DNA of 50,926 nt from an uncultured Mycoplasmatota bacterium. Its GTDB lineage: Bacteria > Bacillota_I > Bacilli_A > RF39 > UBA660. The notes under the pieces are model-generated. The model was not told where the DNA came from, did not search any database, and saw only the letters and a list, made by a program, of their open reading frames with translations. A program made the position numbers and the translations under genes. The DNA lies in assembly GCA_947574085.1 (NCBI GenBank), contig CANPIH010000002.1:1-50926 (forward strand), read 5' to 3'. Positions within the stretch are counted from its first letter, which is position 1, and the number at the start of each line of letters is the position of its first letter. Positions 1 through 9,015 of the stretch are shown in pieces.

Positions 1-69
1 GAAGAACAACAAAGAATAGTAGAAAAACTAGAGGAATGTTTCGAGTTAATAGATAGATTACAATATTAA
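1..69 (+). CDS. 3' end of a window-truncated CDS (22 codons plus TAA), product not callable
   Basis: Open frame from base 1, EEQQRIVEKLEECFELIDRLQY, stop TAA at 67-69. It faintly resembles the conserved helical region of type I R-M specificity subunits but is too short to call. Confidence 0.3.
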   Translation, partial: EEQQRIVEKLEECFELIDRLQY

Positions 70-124
70 AATTGGCAACTTTTTATTGGTCTATGCTATA
101 ATACTAATAAAAGTGAGGTAGAAA

Positions 125-1492
125 ATGATAGATATTAAAACAGACTCTAGAAAAGTAGTGAAAGGAGATACGTTTATTGCAATAAGAAACGTAAATCGAG
201 ATGGTCACAATTACATTGAACAAGCTATAGAGAATGGAGCTACTAAAATTATTTGTGAAGAAGGAGATTATGCTGTAGAAACAAAAATAGTGAGCAATAC
301 TAGAGAGTATTTAAACAATTATCTATTTACAAACTATTATTCTCAAATTAAAGAATTAAAATTAATTGGAGTAACAGGAACCAATGGAAAAACAACAATT
401 TGTTTTTTAGTATACCAAATGCTAAAAAAATTAGGATATAACCCTGCTTATATTGGAACAATTGGTTTTTATTATAAAGAGAATCAAAAAGAATTAAGCA
501 ACACAACACCAGATACAGATTTATTGTACGAAATGCTTTTAGAAGCTAAAGACGCTGGATGTGATACCATAGTAATGGAAGTAAGTAGCCACGCTTTAGA
601 TAAAAATCGAATTTATGGATTGGAGTTTGATGAAGTAGCGTTTACGAATTTAACCCAAGATCATTTAGATTATCATAACACAATGGAAAACTATTGCAAC
701 GCTAAGAAAAAATTATTTTCTTTAACTCGAAAGGACAAAATTGCTATTATCAATGGAGATGATTTTTATTCTCAAAAATTTATTTTAACAGAAAATAAAA
801 ATACAATTATTAGTGAAAAAGAAGGAGATTGTGTAATAGAGAAAATGTCTTTTTCTCATTTAGATACTAAAATTAAGTTTACTTATAAAAATCAAGAATA
901 CGAAACCATTATAAAAATGGTAGGAAAATACAACGTTTATAATTTTTTAACGGCAATGTTGCTTGTGAAGCATTTAGGTTTTTCTATAGAAGATATTTTA
1001 AAATTAACGCCTGAATTATCTGCACCAAGTGGTCGAATGGAAAAAATAAATTATAAAACCAATAGTATTTTTATTGATTACGCCCATACACCAGATGCTG
1101 TTGAAAATGTATTAAAAAGTGCTTTAGATTACAAAAAAATGAAAATAATTACTATAATTGGATGTGGTGGAGACAGAGATCCAATAAAGCGACCTATTAT
1201 GGGACACATAGCAGAAAAATATTCCGATTATGTACTTTTTACTAATGATAATCCTCGAACTGAAGATGAAAAGAAAATTATGAGTGATATATTAAATGGG
1301 TTAGAAAAAAACAATCATGAAGTTATTTACGATAGAAAAGAGGCTATTGAAAAAGGGATACAATTATTAGAAGAAAATGATATATTGATGATTTTAGGAA
1401 AAGGACATGAAGATTATCAAATAATAGGAACTGAAAAACTTCATTTTAGTGACAAAGAAGTAGTAGAAAATTTTATAAAGCAAATCGTATAG
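125..1492 (+). CDS. murE: UDP-N-acetylmuramoyl-L-alanyl-D-glutamate--2,6-diaminopimelate ligase (MurE)
   Basis: Mur ligase P-loop GVTGTNGKTT. The DNPR motif (TNDNPRTEDE) is typical of meso-DAP-adding MurE. Length 455 aa. Confidence 0.9.
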   Translation: MIDIKTDSRKVVKGDTFIAIRNVNRDGHNYIEQAIENGATKIICEEGDYAVETKIVSNTREYLNNYLFTNYYSQIKELKLIGVTGTNGKTTICFLVYQMLKKLGYNPAYIGTIGFYYKENQKELSNTTPDTDLLYEMLLEAKDAGCDTIVMEVSSHALDKNRIYGLEFDEVAFTNLTQDHLDYHNTMENYCNAKKKLFSLTRKDKIAIINGDDFYSQKFILTENKNTIISEKEGDCVIEKMSFSHLDTKIKFTYKNQEYETIIKMVGKYNVYNFLTAMLLVKHLGFSIEDILKLTPELSAPSGRMEKINYKTNSIFIDYAHTPDAVENVLKSALDYKKMKIITIIGCGGDRDPIKRPIMGHIAEKYSDYVLFTNDNPRTEDEKKIMSDILNGLEKNNHEVIYDRKEAIEKGIQLLEENDILMILGKGHEDYQIIGTEKLHFSDKEVVENFIKQIV

Positions 1493-1535
1493 ATTTACTT
1501 TTTTATGTTATAATTATCAATATGAGGAGAGCAAC

Positions 1536-1556
1536 ATGAAATATGAAATATGAGAT
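1536..1556 (+). promoter_or_regulatory. Tandem heptamer ATGAAAT-ATGAAAT-ATGAGAT at the ABC-F start, giving three ATGs in three frames, the first a 5-codon uORF (MKYEI-stop)
   Basis: Read directly: GAGGAGA(1524-1530)-gcaac-ATGAAATATGAAATATGAGAT. The ATG at 1536 stops at TGA 1551-1553. The ATG at 1543 opens the 621-aa ORF. Confidence 0.4.
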
Positions 1557-3408
1557 ACAAAATGGTGGAATTTTTCTTAATGGTTGTTCAATTTTAAACG
1601 AAATTAATTTTGAAATTACAGAAAAAAGCCATATAGGAATAGTAGGTAAAAATGGAAGCGGAAAATCTACTCTTTTAAAAGCATTGATTGATAATGAAAT
1701 GTTTGAAGAAGGATTGGAAGAAGCCACTTTTGTTATAAAAAAGATAGGTAATTTTACTATTGGCTATTTAGAGCAAATAACTTTTGAAAACAATAATGTA
1801 ACTCTTATAGAAGAAATAAAAAAATCTTTTCAAGAATTTATAGATTTGGAAAAAAAACTTGATTTTTTGACCAAAAAAATGGTTAATGAATCTTCAACAA
1901 AATGGATTACAGAATATACCGAATGTCTAGACAAATATGAACGATTAGGCGGGTATTCTTATCAAAAAGAATATGAAATTATGTTAAAAAAATTTGGTTT
2001 TACAGAAAGCGATAAAAGTAAAAAAATAAGTTTTTTTTCTGGTGGAGAAAAAACAAAAATTGTTTTTTTAAAATTATTATTAGCCAAACCAGATATTTTA
2101 TTTTTAGACGAACCAACCAATCATTTAGATATTGAGGCTATTATTTGGCTAGAAAATTATTTGAAAAATTATAAAAAAGCATTTGTTGTTGTATCACATG
2201 ATCGCATGTTTTTAAATAATACTGTAAATATAATTTATAATATTTCAAATAAACAAGTAATTAAATATATAGGAAATTATGAAAAATTTGAACGTTTAAA
2301 AAAAGAAAATTATGAAAAAAATTTAAGAGATTATGAAAAGCAACAAAAAGAAATAAAAAGATTAAAAACTCTTTATGAAAAGTTTAGATCTAAACCCTCT
2401 AAAGCTAGTATGGCACTCTCAAAATTACATAGTATTGAACGAATGGAAATTATAGAAAAACCTTTAAAAATAAGTGAAAAAAAATTTAAAATCAATTTAA
2501 ATAAAATGACATTGAGTGGTAAAAAAGTTTGTACTTTGAAAAAATTAGAAATTGGTTATAGTATTCCTTTAGCTACTTTGGATTTTGAAATTTTGCAAGG
2601 AGAAAAAATAGGAATAATAGGAGCGAATGGGACAGGGAAGACTACTTTTTTAAAAACAATTGCTGGTTTATTAAAACCATTAAATGGAGAGATTTCTTAT
2701 GGTTATAATGTACATATGGGTTACTTTGATCAAAATTTAAAAATGGTAAATGAAAAAAATACAGTTTTAGAAGAATTTAAAAGCACTTTTCCAACATGTT
2801 TTGATAAAGACGCTAGGAATGCTTTAGGAGCCTTTTTGTTTACTGGAGAAGAGATGAATAAAAAAGTATGTGTATTATCTGGTGGTGAAAAGGTGCGTTT
2901 ACAATTATGTAAAATTTTATATGAGAAACCAAATTTTTTAATTTTAGACGAACCAACCAATCATTTAGATTTAGTAGGAAAAGAGCAATTAGAATCGATT
3001 TTAGAAGGTTACAAAGGAACAATACTTTTTGTTTCTCATGATCGATACTTTGTTAAGAAAATTGCATCCAAACTAATTGTATTAGAAAAGAATCAATTGA
3101 ATATTTATAAAAATGGATACGAAGAATACTTACATACAAAGAAGGAAAAAGGAGTAGAAAACCTTAAGGAAAAAAATAGGCAGAAAAAAACAGAAAAACA
3201 AAATAAGAATATCAATTTTTCTTTATTAAAAAAAATAGAAAAAGAACTTGAAAAATTAGATATAGAAAAAAAGAAATTGTTGGAAGAGATGTATGACAAA
3301 GAAAATTATTTGGATTACAAAAAACAAAATGAAATGCAAAAAAAGTTTAATCATTTAGAAGAAAAAAGGAAGTTATTAGAAAAAGAGTGGGAAGAACTTC
3401 TTGAATAA
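1543..3408 (+). CDS. ABC-F family ATP-binding protein (two ABC domains, no membrane domain, C-terminal K/E-rich coiled-coil tail)
   Basis: Two Walker A motifs (GKNGSGKST, GANGTGKTT), two signature motifs (FSGGEKTK, LSGGEKVR) and two LDEPTNHLD Walker B motifs. No hydrophobic segments. Confidence 0.9.
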   Translation: MKYEIQNGGIFLNGCSILNEINFEITEKSHIGIVGKNGSGKSTLLKALIDNEMFEEGLEEATFVIKKIGNFTIGYLEQITFENNNVTLIEEIKKSFQEFIDLEKKLDFLTKKMVNESSTKWITEYTECLDKYERLGGYSYQKEYEIMLKKFGFTESDKSKKISFFSGGEKTKIVFLKLLLAKPDILFLDEPTNHLDIEAIIWLENYLKNYKKAFVVVSHDRMFLNNTVNIIYNISNKQVIKYIGNYEKFERLKKENYEKNLRDYEKQQKEIKRLKTLYEKFRSKPSKASMALSKLHSIERMEIIEKPLKISEKKFKINLNKMTLSGKKVCTLKKLEIGYSIPLATLDFEILQGEKIGIIGANGTGKTTFLKTIAGLLKPLNGEISYGYNVHMGYFDQNLKMVNEKNTVLEEFKSTFPTCFDKDARNALGAFLFTGEEMNKKVCVLSGGEKVRLQLCKILYEKPNFLILDEPTNHLDLVGKEQLESILEGYKGTILFVSHDRYFVKKIASKLIVLEKNQLNIYKNGYEEYLHTKKEKGVENLKEKNRQKKTEKQNKNINFSLLKKIEKELEKLDIEKKKLLEEMYDKENYLDYKKQNEMQKKFNHLEEKRKLLEKEWEELLE

Positions 3409-3485
3409 ACTTGCTTTTGTATAAAAATCGTTTCTAAGCCAAATATAGAAAATATTTTTTTTACAAATCAAACTTAAATTTTTAA

Positions 3486-3514
3486 TTGACTTCGCTAGAA
3501 TATAGTACTAAAAT
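3486..3514 (+). promoter_or_regulatory. Sigma-A type promoter for the hisS leader
   Basis: TTGACT (3486-3491), 17-nt spacer, TAAAAT (3509-3514). Confidence 0.55.
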
Positions 3515-3519
3515 GTAAG

Positions 3520-3740
3520 AGTATAATTATTTTCTATGGAAAAGAAAAAGTAAGAAATATCTTTTTTTAAAGAGAGAGCTAGAACGATGAAAATGCTCAA
3601 AAAAGAGTTCTGAACTAGACAGCTTTTCATACATGGAAACGCATTTATGCGATAAGATAAAAAGAGTACCTAGTAAAGTAAGGTGGCACCGCGGATATTA
3701 TTTCGTCCTTACACATACTAGGTTTTTTTGTTTTTTAAGG
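3520..3740 (+). promoter_or_regulatory. T-box leader RNA upstream of hisS
   Basis: AGAGAG-type stem I start near 3573. T-box core AAGGTGGCACCGCGG at 3680-3694. Flanking arms CCTAGTA..TAAGG / CCTTA..TACTAGG are followed by a T7 run at 3723-3729, and TCCTTA can also pair with the SD TAAGGAGG. Confidence 0.85.
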
Positions 3741-3749
3741 AGGAAAGAT

Positions 3750-5006
3750 ATGATAACTAAACCAAAAGGATGCTACGATGTGATAGATAAGGAAGCTTTA
3801 AAATTAAATAAAATAAATCGTTATATTAACTATTATTGTGATTTTTACAATTATGATTTTATTCGTACACCCTTATTTGAATCACGTGAACTATTTCACA
3901 GAACAGTAGGAGAAAGTACAGACATAGTAACAAAAGAAACTTATGATTTTAAAGATAGAAATGATCGTGAACTTACTTTAAGACCTGAAGGTACAGCTGG
4001 AGTGGTAAGAAGTTTTATTGAAAACAAAATGTATGGAAGCAATCTTCCTAGAAAGTTGTATTACAATGGAACAATGTATCGTTATGAAAGACCAGGTAAT
4101 GGAAGAAATCGAGAGTTTACTCAATTTGGCGTAGAAATTTTAGGAAGCAATGATGTAGCTGTGGATGTCGAAGTAATTTCTTTTGCGTATCGTTTATTTG
4201 AAGAATTAGGATTTCAAGATTTAAATGTTAAAATTAATAATTTAGGTTCTAAAGAGGATCGAGAACATTACAAAAAAGCCTTAAAAGAGTATTTACAGCC
4301 TCATTTAAATAATTTATGTGATGATTGTAAAGTTCGTTTTGAAACAAATCCTTTGCGTATTTTAGATTGTAAAGTTGATCAGGATTCAAGTGTTTTAAAA
4401 AATGTTCCAAATATTTTAGAGTATCAAAGCGAAGAATCAAAAGAACGTTTTAAAAAAGTATTAGAATATTTACGCTTTTTAGATGTTGACTATGAAGTAG
4501 ATGCAAAACTTGTACGTGGCCTTGATTATTATGATTATACAGTATTTGAAATAATTTCTAGTGAAGAAGTTTTAGGAAATGCAAGTACTATTGCTGCTGG
4601 AGGAAGATACAATGATTTAGTAGAAAAACTAGGTGGACCTAGTATTCCATGTATGGGATTTGCTTGTGGTTTAGAAAGAATTATGCTTGCTATGGACAAA
4701 ATAGAAAACATAGAAAAAAGACCGCTTGATTGTTATATTTTATATGTTAATGAAGAAGAAAAAATGAAAGCTATTACTTTAGCTCAAGATTTAAGATGCA
4801 GTGGTATAAGTGTTGATTATGACGTAACAGGAAGAAGTTTAAAAAGTCAGTTTAAAGAAGCAGATCGTAATCATGCTCAATTACTTATTTTATTAAATAG
4901 TGAAGATTTACAACATGGCTGGATAACGGTAAAAGATAATTTAACGAAAGAAGAAATAAAAATAGAAGAAAATGAAATAATAGATTATATTGTTTCTAAT
5001 GGATAG
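3750..5006 (+). CDS. hisS: Histidine--tRNA ligase
   Basis: Class II HisRS motifs (LRPEGTAGVVR, YRYERPGNGRNREFTQ, GGRYD). Start moved to the ATG at 3750 behind AAGGAGG, because the track ORF start at 3633 runs through the T-box leader. Confidence 0.92.
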   Translation: MITKPKGCYDVIDKEALKLNKINRYINYYCDFYNYDFIRTPLFESRELFHRTVGESTDIVTKETYDFKDRNDRELTLRPEGTAGVVRSFIENKMYGSNLPRKLYYNGTMYRYERPGNGRNREFTQFGVEILGSNDVAVDVEVISFAYRLFEELGFQDLNVKINNLGSKEDREHYKKALKEYLQPHLNNLCDDCKVRFETNPLRILDCKVDQDSSVLKNVPNILEYQSEESKERFKKVLEYLRFLDVDYEVDAKLVRGLDYYDYTVFEIISSEEVLGNASTIAAGGRYNDLVEKLGGPSIPCMGFACGLERIMLAMDKIENIEKRPLDCYILYVNEEEKMKAITLAQDLRCSGISVDYDVTGRSLKSQFKEADRNHAQLLILLNSEDLQHGWITVKDNLTKEEIKIEENEIIDYIVSNG

Positions 5007-5019
5007 GAGAGAAATTTTT

Positions 5020-6384
5020 ATGGATTTAAAAGAGTTATTTGTAAATATTGAAAATTTAAAAAACACAGAAGTAGAAGTAAATGGATGGATTCGAAATCAC
5101 CGACGTCAAAAAGACTTTGGATTTATCGATTTTAGTGATGGAACTTGTTTTAAACACATCCAAATTGTATACGATAACACGCTTTCAAATTTTGATTCCA
5201 TTAGTAAAACCTTAGTGGGTAGTGCCTTAAATTTAAAAGGAGTATTAGTACCCTCTAATGGAAAACAAGAAGTAGAAATAAAAGCCACTCAAATTAATAT
5301 ACTAGGAAATTGTCCAGATGATTATCCTATTCAACCAAAAAGGCATACACGTGAATTTTTAAGAGAACAAGCTTATCTTCGACCTAGAACTAATCTTTTT
5401 CAAGCGGTTTTTCGCGTACGAAGTATTGCAGCTCATGCTATACATACCTATTTTCAGGAAAAAGGCTTTATTTATTTTCATGCCCCTTTATTAACTAGTA
5501 GTGATTGTGAAGGTGCTGGAGAAATGTTCCAAGTCACCACACTGCCTATTGATAAAATAAATGGGAACCCAGATTATACAAAAGACTTTTTTGGAAAAAT
5601 GACCAATTTAACTGTAAGTGGGCAGTTAGAAGCTGAAACTTTTGCAACTGCATTTAAAAAAACGTATACATTCGGTCCGACCTTTCGTGCAGAAAATTCT
5701 AATACCAAAACCCATGCCGCTGAATTTTGGATGATAGAACCCGAAATGTGTTTTTGTGATTTAGAAGAAAATATGGATGTTATGGAAGATATGTTAAAAT
5801 ATATTGTCTCTTATGTTTTGAAACATTGTCCAGATGAAATAAACTTTTTTAATGAATTTGTAGAAAAAGGAATTTTAGAAAAACTTATTAAATTGCTAAA
5901 TTCAAAATTTACTAGAATTAACTATGAAGAAGCAATTACAATTCTAAAAAATGCTGACATAAAATGGGAGTTTATTCCAGAATATGGAAAAGACATTGCA
6001 AAAGAACATGAACGTTACTTAACTGAACACTTTGATGGTCCAGTATTTATTAAAAATTGGCCAAAAGATATAAAAGCATTTTATATGAAACAAAACGATG
6101 ATGGTAAAACAGTTGCTGCAGTGGACTTAGAAGTTCCAGGAGCTGGAGAGCTAATGGGTGGAAGTCAAAGAGAAGAAAATTATAATAAACTAGTTACTCG
6201 TATGAAAGAGTTGGGAATAGATAATACAGGATTGGATTGGTATTTAAATTTAAGAAAATATGGAACCTGTGTTCATTCAGGATTTGGTATGGGCTTCGAA
6301 AGATTATTAATTTATTTAACAGGAGTTGATAATATAAGAGACGTTATACCTTATCCTAGAACACCAAATAATTGCGATTATTAG
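5020..6384 (+). CDS. asnS: Asparagine--tRNA ligase
   Basis: Class IIb N-terminal OB fold plus FRAENSNTKTHAAEFWMIEPE and GFGMGFERL, typical of AsnRS. ATG at 5020 follows GGAGAG. Confidence 0.9.
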   Translation: MDLKELFVNIENLKNTEVEVNGWIRNHRRQKDFGFIDFSDGTCFKHIQIVYDNTLSNFDSISKTLVGSALNLKGVLVPSNGKQEVEIKATQINILGNCPDDYPIQPKRHTREFLREQAYLRPRTNLFQAVFRVRSIAAHAIHTYFQEKGFIYFHAPLLTSSDCEGAGEMFQVTTLPIDKINGNPDYTKDFFGKMTNLTVSGQLEAETFATAFKKTYTFGPTFRAENSNTKTHAAEFWMIEPEMCFCDLEENMDVMEDMLKYIVSYVLKHCPDEINFFNEFVEKGILEKLIKLLNSKFTRINYEEAITILKNADIKWEFIPEYGKDIAKEHERYLTEHFDGPVFIKNWPKDIKAFYMKQNDDGKTVAAVDLEVPGAGELMGGSQREENYNKLVTRMKELGIDNTGLDWYLNLRKYGTCVHSGFGMGFERLLIYLTGVDNIRDVIPYPRTPNNCDY

Positions 6385-6398
6385 ATAGGAAGTTAAAT

Positions 6399-6923
6399 AT
6401 GAATGATAACGAAAAAAATTTAATTAATAGATTATTAAAAGAAAAAGAATACTTAATTTGTAATTCTTTATACCAAAAAACTTATGAATATGTTCAGTTT
6501 GTCTTAGAAAATGAAACATTAGCCAAAGAAGAATACAAAGATTTACGTACATCAACTATTTGGTGCAGTAATAAAGAGACAATTGAAATAAAACTTAATA
6601 TGTCTATTTGGAATGATGAAAGATATAGGCATTTACTTAAACCAACAATTTTTAATATTAATAGTTTACAAATTGAAAATAATATTTTGTTAGCAGAAAA
6701 GTATTTTATAAGTTCCTTTATAACAATTAATTTTTTGCGAAGAAATACAATTATGTTAAAACAATTAATTGAATATTTGATAGAAAAAGAAGTGGAACTT
6801 ATTGTCGATGATGCAAAAGGTGGTAAAAAATTGAATCCAATTTTAAGTGCAAGCAATACAATTTTAAAAAATAATTATGGAATAGATATAAAAAATATAG
6901 TGACAAAGGGAAGAAACTTATGA
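6399..6923 (+). CDS. Hypothetical protein (174 aa from the ATG at 6399), no confident family
   Basis: ORF with AGGAAG SD-like element at 6387-6392. Its stop overlaps the next ORF's start (ATGA). The C-terminal GGKKLNPILSASNTILKNNYGI weakly resembles P27-type small terminase tails (tentative). Confidence 0.55.
   Translation: MNDNEKNLINRLLKEKEYLICNSLYQKTYEYVQFVLENETLAKEEYKDLRTSTIWCSNKETIEIKLNMSIWNDERYRHLLKPTIFNINSLQIENNILLAEKYFISSFITINFLRRNTIMLKQLIEYLIEKEVELIVDDAKGGKKLNPILSASNTILKNNYGIDIKNIVTKGRNL
6412..6440. repeat. Direct repeat copy 1 (29 nt exact: AAAAAAATTTAATTAATAGATTATTAAAA)
   Basis: Identical 29-mer recurs at 7194-7222. Copy 1 lies in codons 5-14 of the 6399 ORF. Confidence 0.9.
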
Positions 6924-7183
6924 ATACTGAAGAAATTGTGGAAAAATATGAAAATAGTGTATTAAAGAACTTAAATAAAGAAAATGTACTTAAAATTATT
7001 GAATTTTTAAAGTGTCAAAACTGTGATTTTTTGGAAGATATATTAGAAAACTATCTAGATTTATTTTTGGTTGATTTTAATGATTTTGTTACTAAATATA
7101 AATTGTTAAATGAAAAATACAACAATAAGTTTTTGGAAGAAGCAAGCTTTGATCTAAATAAATTAGAAGAATTTTATAATTAA
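6920..7183 (+). CDS. Hypothetical acidic helical protein (87 aa)
   Basis: ORF translationally coupled to the preceding ORF (ATGA overlap). No recognisable motif. Confidence 0.5.
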   Translation: MNTEEIVEKYENSVLKNLNKENVLKIIEFLKCQNCDFLEDILENYLDLFLVDFNDFVTKYKLLNEKYNNKFLEEASFDLNKLEEFYN

Positions 7184-7193
7184 GAATTTTAGA

Positions 7194-7222
7194 AAAAAAA
7201 TTTAATTAATAGATTATTAAAA
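7194..7222. repeat. Direct repeat copy 2 (29 nt exact), intergenic, 20 nt upstream of aspS
   Basis: Identical to 6412-6440. The preceding G is also shared but with one extra A (A8 versus A7). Confidence 0.9.
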
Positions 7223-7242
7223 ATGCAATAGAGAAAGAAGAA

Positions 7243-9015
7243 ATGAGAATGAAACAATACAACAATGGAGAATTTAGAAAAAAAGATATTGGAACCATTT
7301 ATACTGTTTATGGATGGGTAAATAAACGACGTGATATGGGGGGTGTCATATTTGTTGACTTACGAGATCGCTCTGGTTTTTTACAAGTTGTTTTTAATCG
7401 CAGTTTTTTAAAAAATGACTTTGCTTTGGCTGAAAGTTTAAAAAACGAATACTGCATAAAAGTAACAGGAGAGTTAATTGCTCGTACAGAGGATATGATT
7501 AATCCAAAAATTCCCACTGGAGATATAGAGTTAATGGTAGAAAATTTAGAGATCTTAAGTGAGTGTGATACTCTTCCTTTTAACGTTTATGATAGTGAAA
7601 CAGAAGTAAGTGAAAACATTGGACTAAAATATCGTTATTTGGATTTAAGAAGAGATAGATTAAAAGAAAATATCTTAATACGTCATCAAGTTTGTCAAAG
7701 TGCAAGACAATACTTAAATGACTTGGGATTCATTGAAATTGAAACCCCTGTTTTATGTAAATCTACACCAGAAGGTGCAAGAGATTATTTAGTTCCTTCT
7801 AGAATCAATAAAGGATCTTTTTATGCTCTTCCTCAAAGTCCTCAAATTTTTAAACAACTTTTAATGGTTTCTGGTTTTGAAAAGTATTACCAAATTGCCA
7901 GAAGTTTTCGAGATGAAGATTTACGTGCTGATAGACAGCCAGAATTTACGCAAATTGATTTAGAGATGAGTTTTGCCGAAGAAGAAGACGTATGGCATGT
8001 AACAGAAGGGATGATTAAAAAAATTGTAAAAGATGTAAAAAAAATTGAATTGGATGATTTTCCTCGCTTACCTTATAAAGAAGCTATGGATCGTTTTGGA
8101 ACAGAAAAACCTGATACAAGATTTGAAATGGAATTGAAAGATTTAACCGAAATTCTTCGAGGAACGAAAATGAATGTATTTAATAATGTTATTGAAAATG
8201 GTGGAATCGTTAAATGTTTAATTGTTAAAAATAATGGCGACAAATATTCTAGAAGCGATGTAGAACATTTAACCGATTTTGTTAAAATTTATGGTGCAAA
8301 AGGACTCGCATGGTTAAAATACGATAACGATACATTTAATGGGGTTATTGCAAAAAATTTAGAAGTTGAAAAATTAGAACAAATACAAAAAAAATATCAA
8401 ATAGAAAATAATGATTTGATTTTAATTGTAGCAGATACGAAAAAAATAGTTTATGCTTCTTTAGGAGCTTTACGGATTAAAATTGCTAAAGAATTAAGTT
8501 TAATCGATGAAACTAAATTAAATTTTCTTTGGATTACTGATTTTCCTTTTTTTGAATACTCAGAAAGTGAAAAAAGATGGAAAGCGGAACACAATCCATT
8601 TACAATGGTACAAGATATAAGTACCATTAATGATCCAGAGAATTGTTTATCAAGAAGTTATGACTTAGTAGTAAATGGTTATGAGTTGGCCAGCGGTGGT
8701 GTACGAAATCATAAAAAAGATGATTTAAAAGAAATATTTAAAGCTCTGAGCATAAGCGAAGAAGACGCAAAAATTCGTTTTGGATTTCTCTTAGAAGCAT
8801 TTAAATATGGAGTGCCTCCTCATGCTGGGATTGCACCAGGATTAGAAAGACTTGTTATGGTTTTAACAGGGAGCAACGATATAAAAGATGTTATAGCTTT
8901 TCCTAAAACCCAAAGTGCCAGCGATTTAATGAGTGAAGCACCAACAGAAGTTAGCTTAAAACAGCTAGAAGAACTAGGAATTCAAATTTTAAAGGAGGAC
9001 AAATTCAATGCCTAA
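7243..9015 (+). CDS. aspS: Aspartate--tRNA ligase (bacterial type with insertion domain)
   Basis: FRDEDLRADRQPEFTQIDLEMSF, GIAPGLERL, 590 aa. Confidence 0.93.
   Translation: MRMKQYNNGEFRKKDIGTIYTVYGWVNKRRDMGGVIFVDLRDRSGFLQVVFNRSFLKNDFALAESLKNEYCIKVTGELIARTEDMINPKIPTGDIELMVENLEILSECDTLPFNVYDSETEVSENIGLKYRYLDLRRDRLKENILIRHQVCQSARQYLNDLGFIEIETPVLCKSTPEGARDYLVPSRINKGSFYALPQSPQIFKQLLMVSGFEKYYQIARSFRDEDLRADRQPEFTQIDLEMSFAEEEDVWHVTEGMIKKIVKDVKKIELDDFPRLPYKEAMDRFGTEKPDTRFEMELKDLTEILRGTKMNVFNNVIENGGIVKCLIVKNNGDKYSRSDVEHLTDFVKIYGAKGLAWLKYDNDTFNGVIAKNLEVEKLEQIQKKYQIENNDLILIVADTKKIVYASLGALRIKIAKELSLIDETKLNFLWITDFPFFEYSESEKRWKAEHNPFTMVQDISTINDPENCLSRSYDLVVNGYELASGGVRNHKKDDLKEIFKALSISEEDAKIRFGFLLEAFKYGVPPHAGIAPGLERLVMVLTGSNDIKDVIAFPKTQSASDLMSEAPTEVSLKQLEELGIQILKEDKFNA

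Noticed and set aside
2102-2970. Exact 29-nt repeat TTTTAGACGAACCAACCAATCATTTAGAT at 2102-2130 and 2942-2970
   Set aside because: Both copies encode the LDEPTNHLD Walker B block of the two ABC domains of the same ABC-F protein. This is explained by internal domain duplication, perhaps with intragenic gene conversion, and not by a mobile or regulatory repeat.
3633-3749. N-terminal 39 codons of the track ORF 3633-5006 (METHLCDKIKRVPSKVRWHRGYYFVLTHTRFFCFLRRKD)
   Set aside because: This stretch is the T-box leader RNA. It contains the GGTGGCACCGCGG core and the terminator U-run. The real hisS start is the ATG at 3750, behind AAGGAGG.
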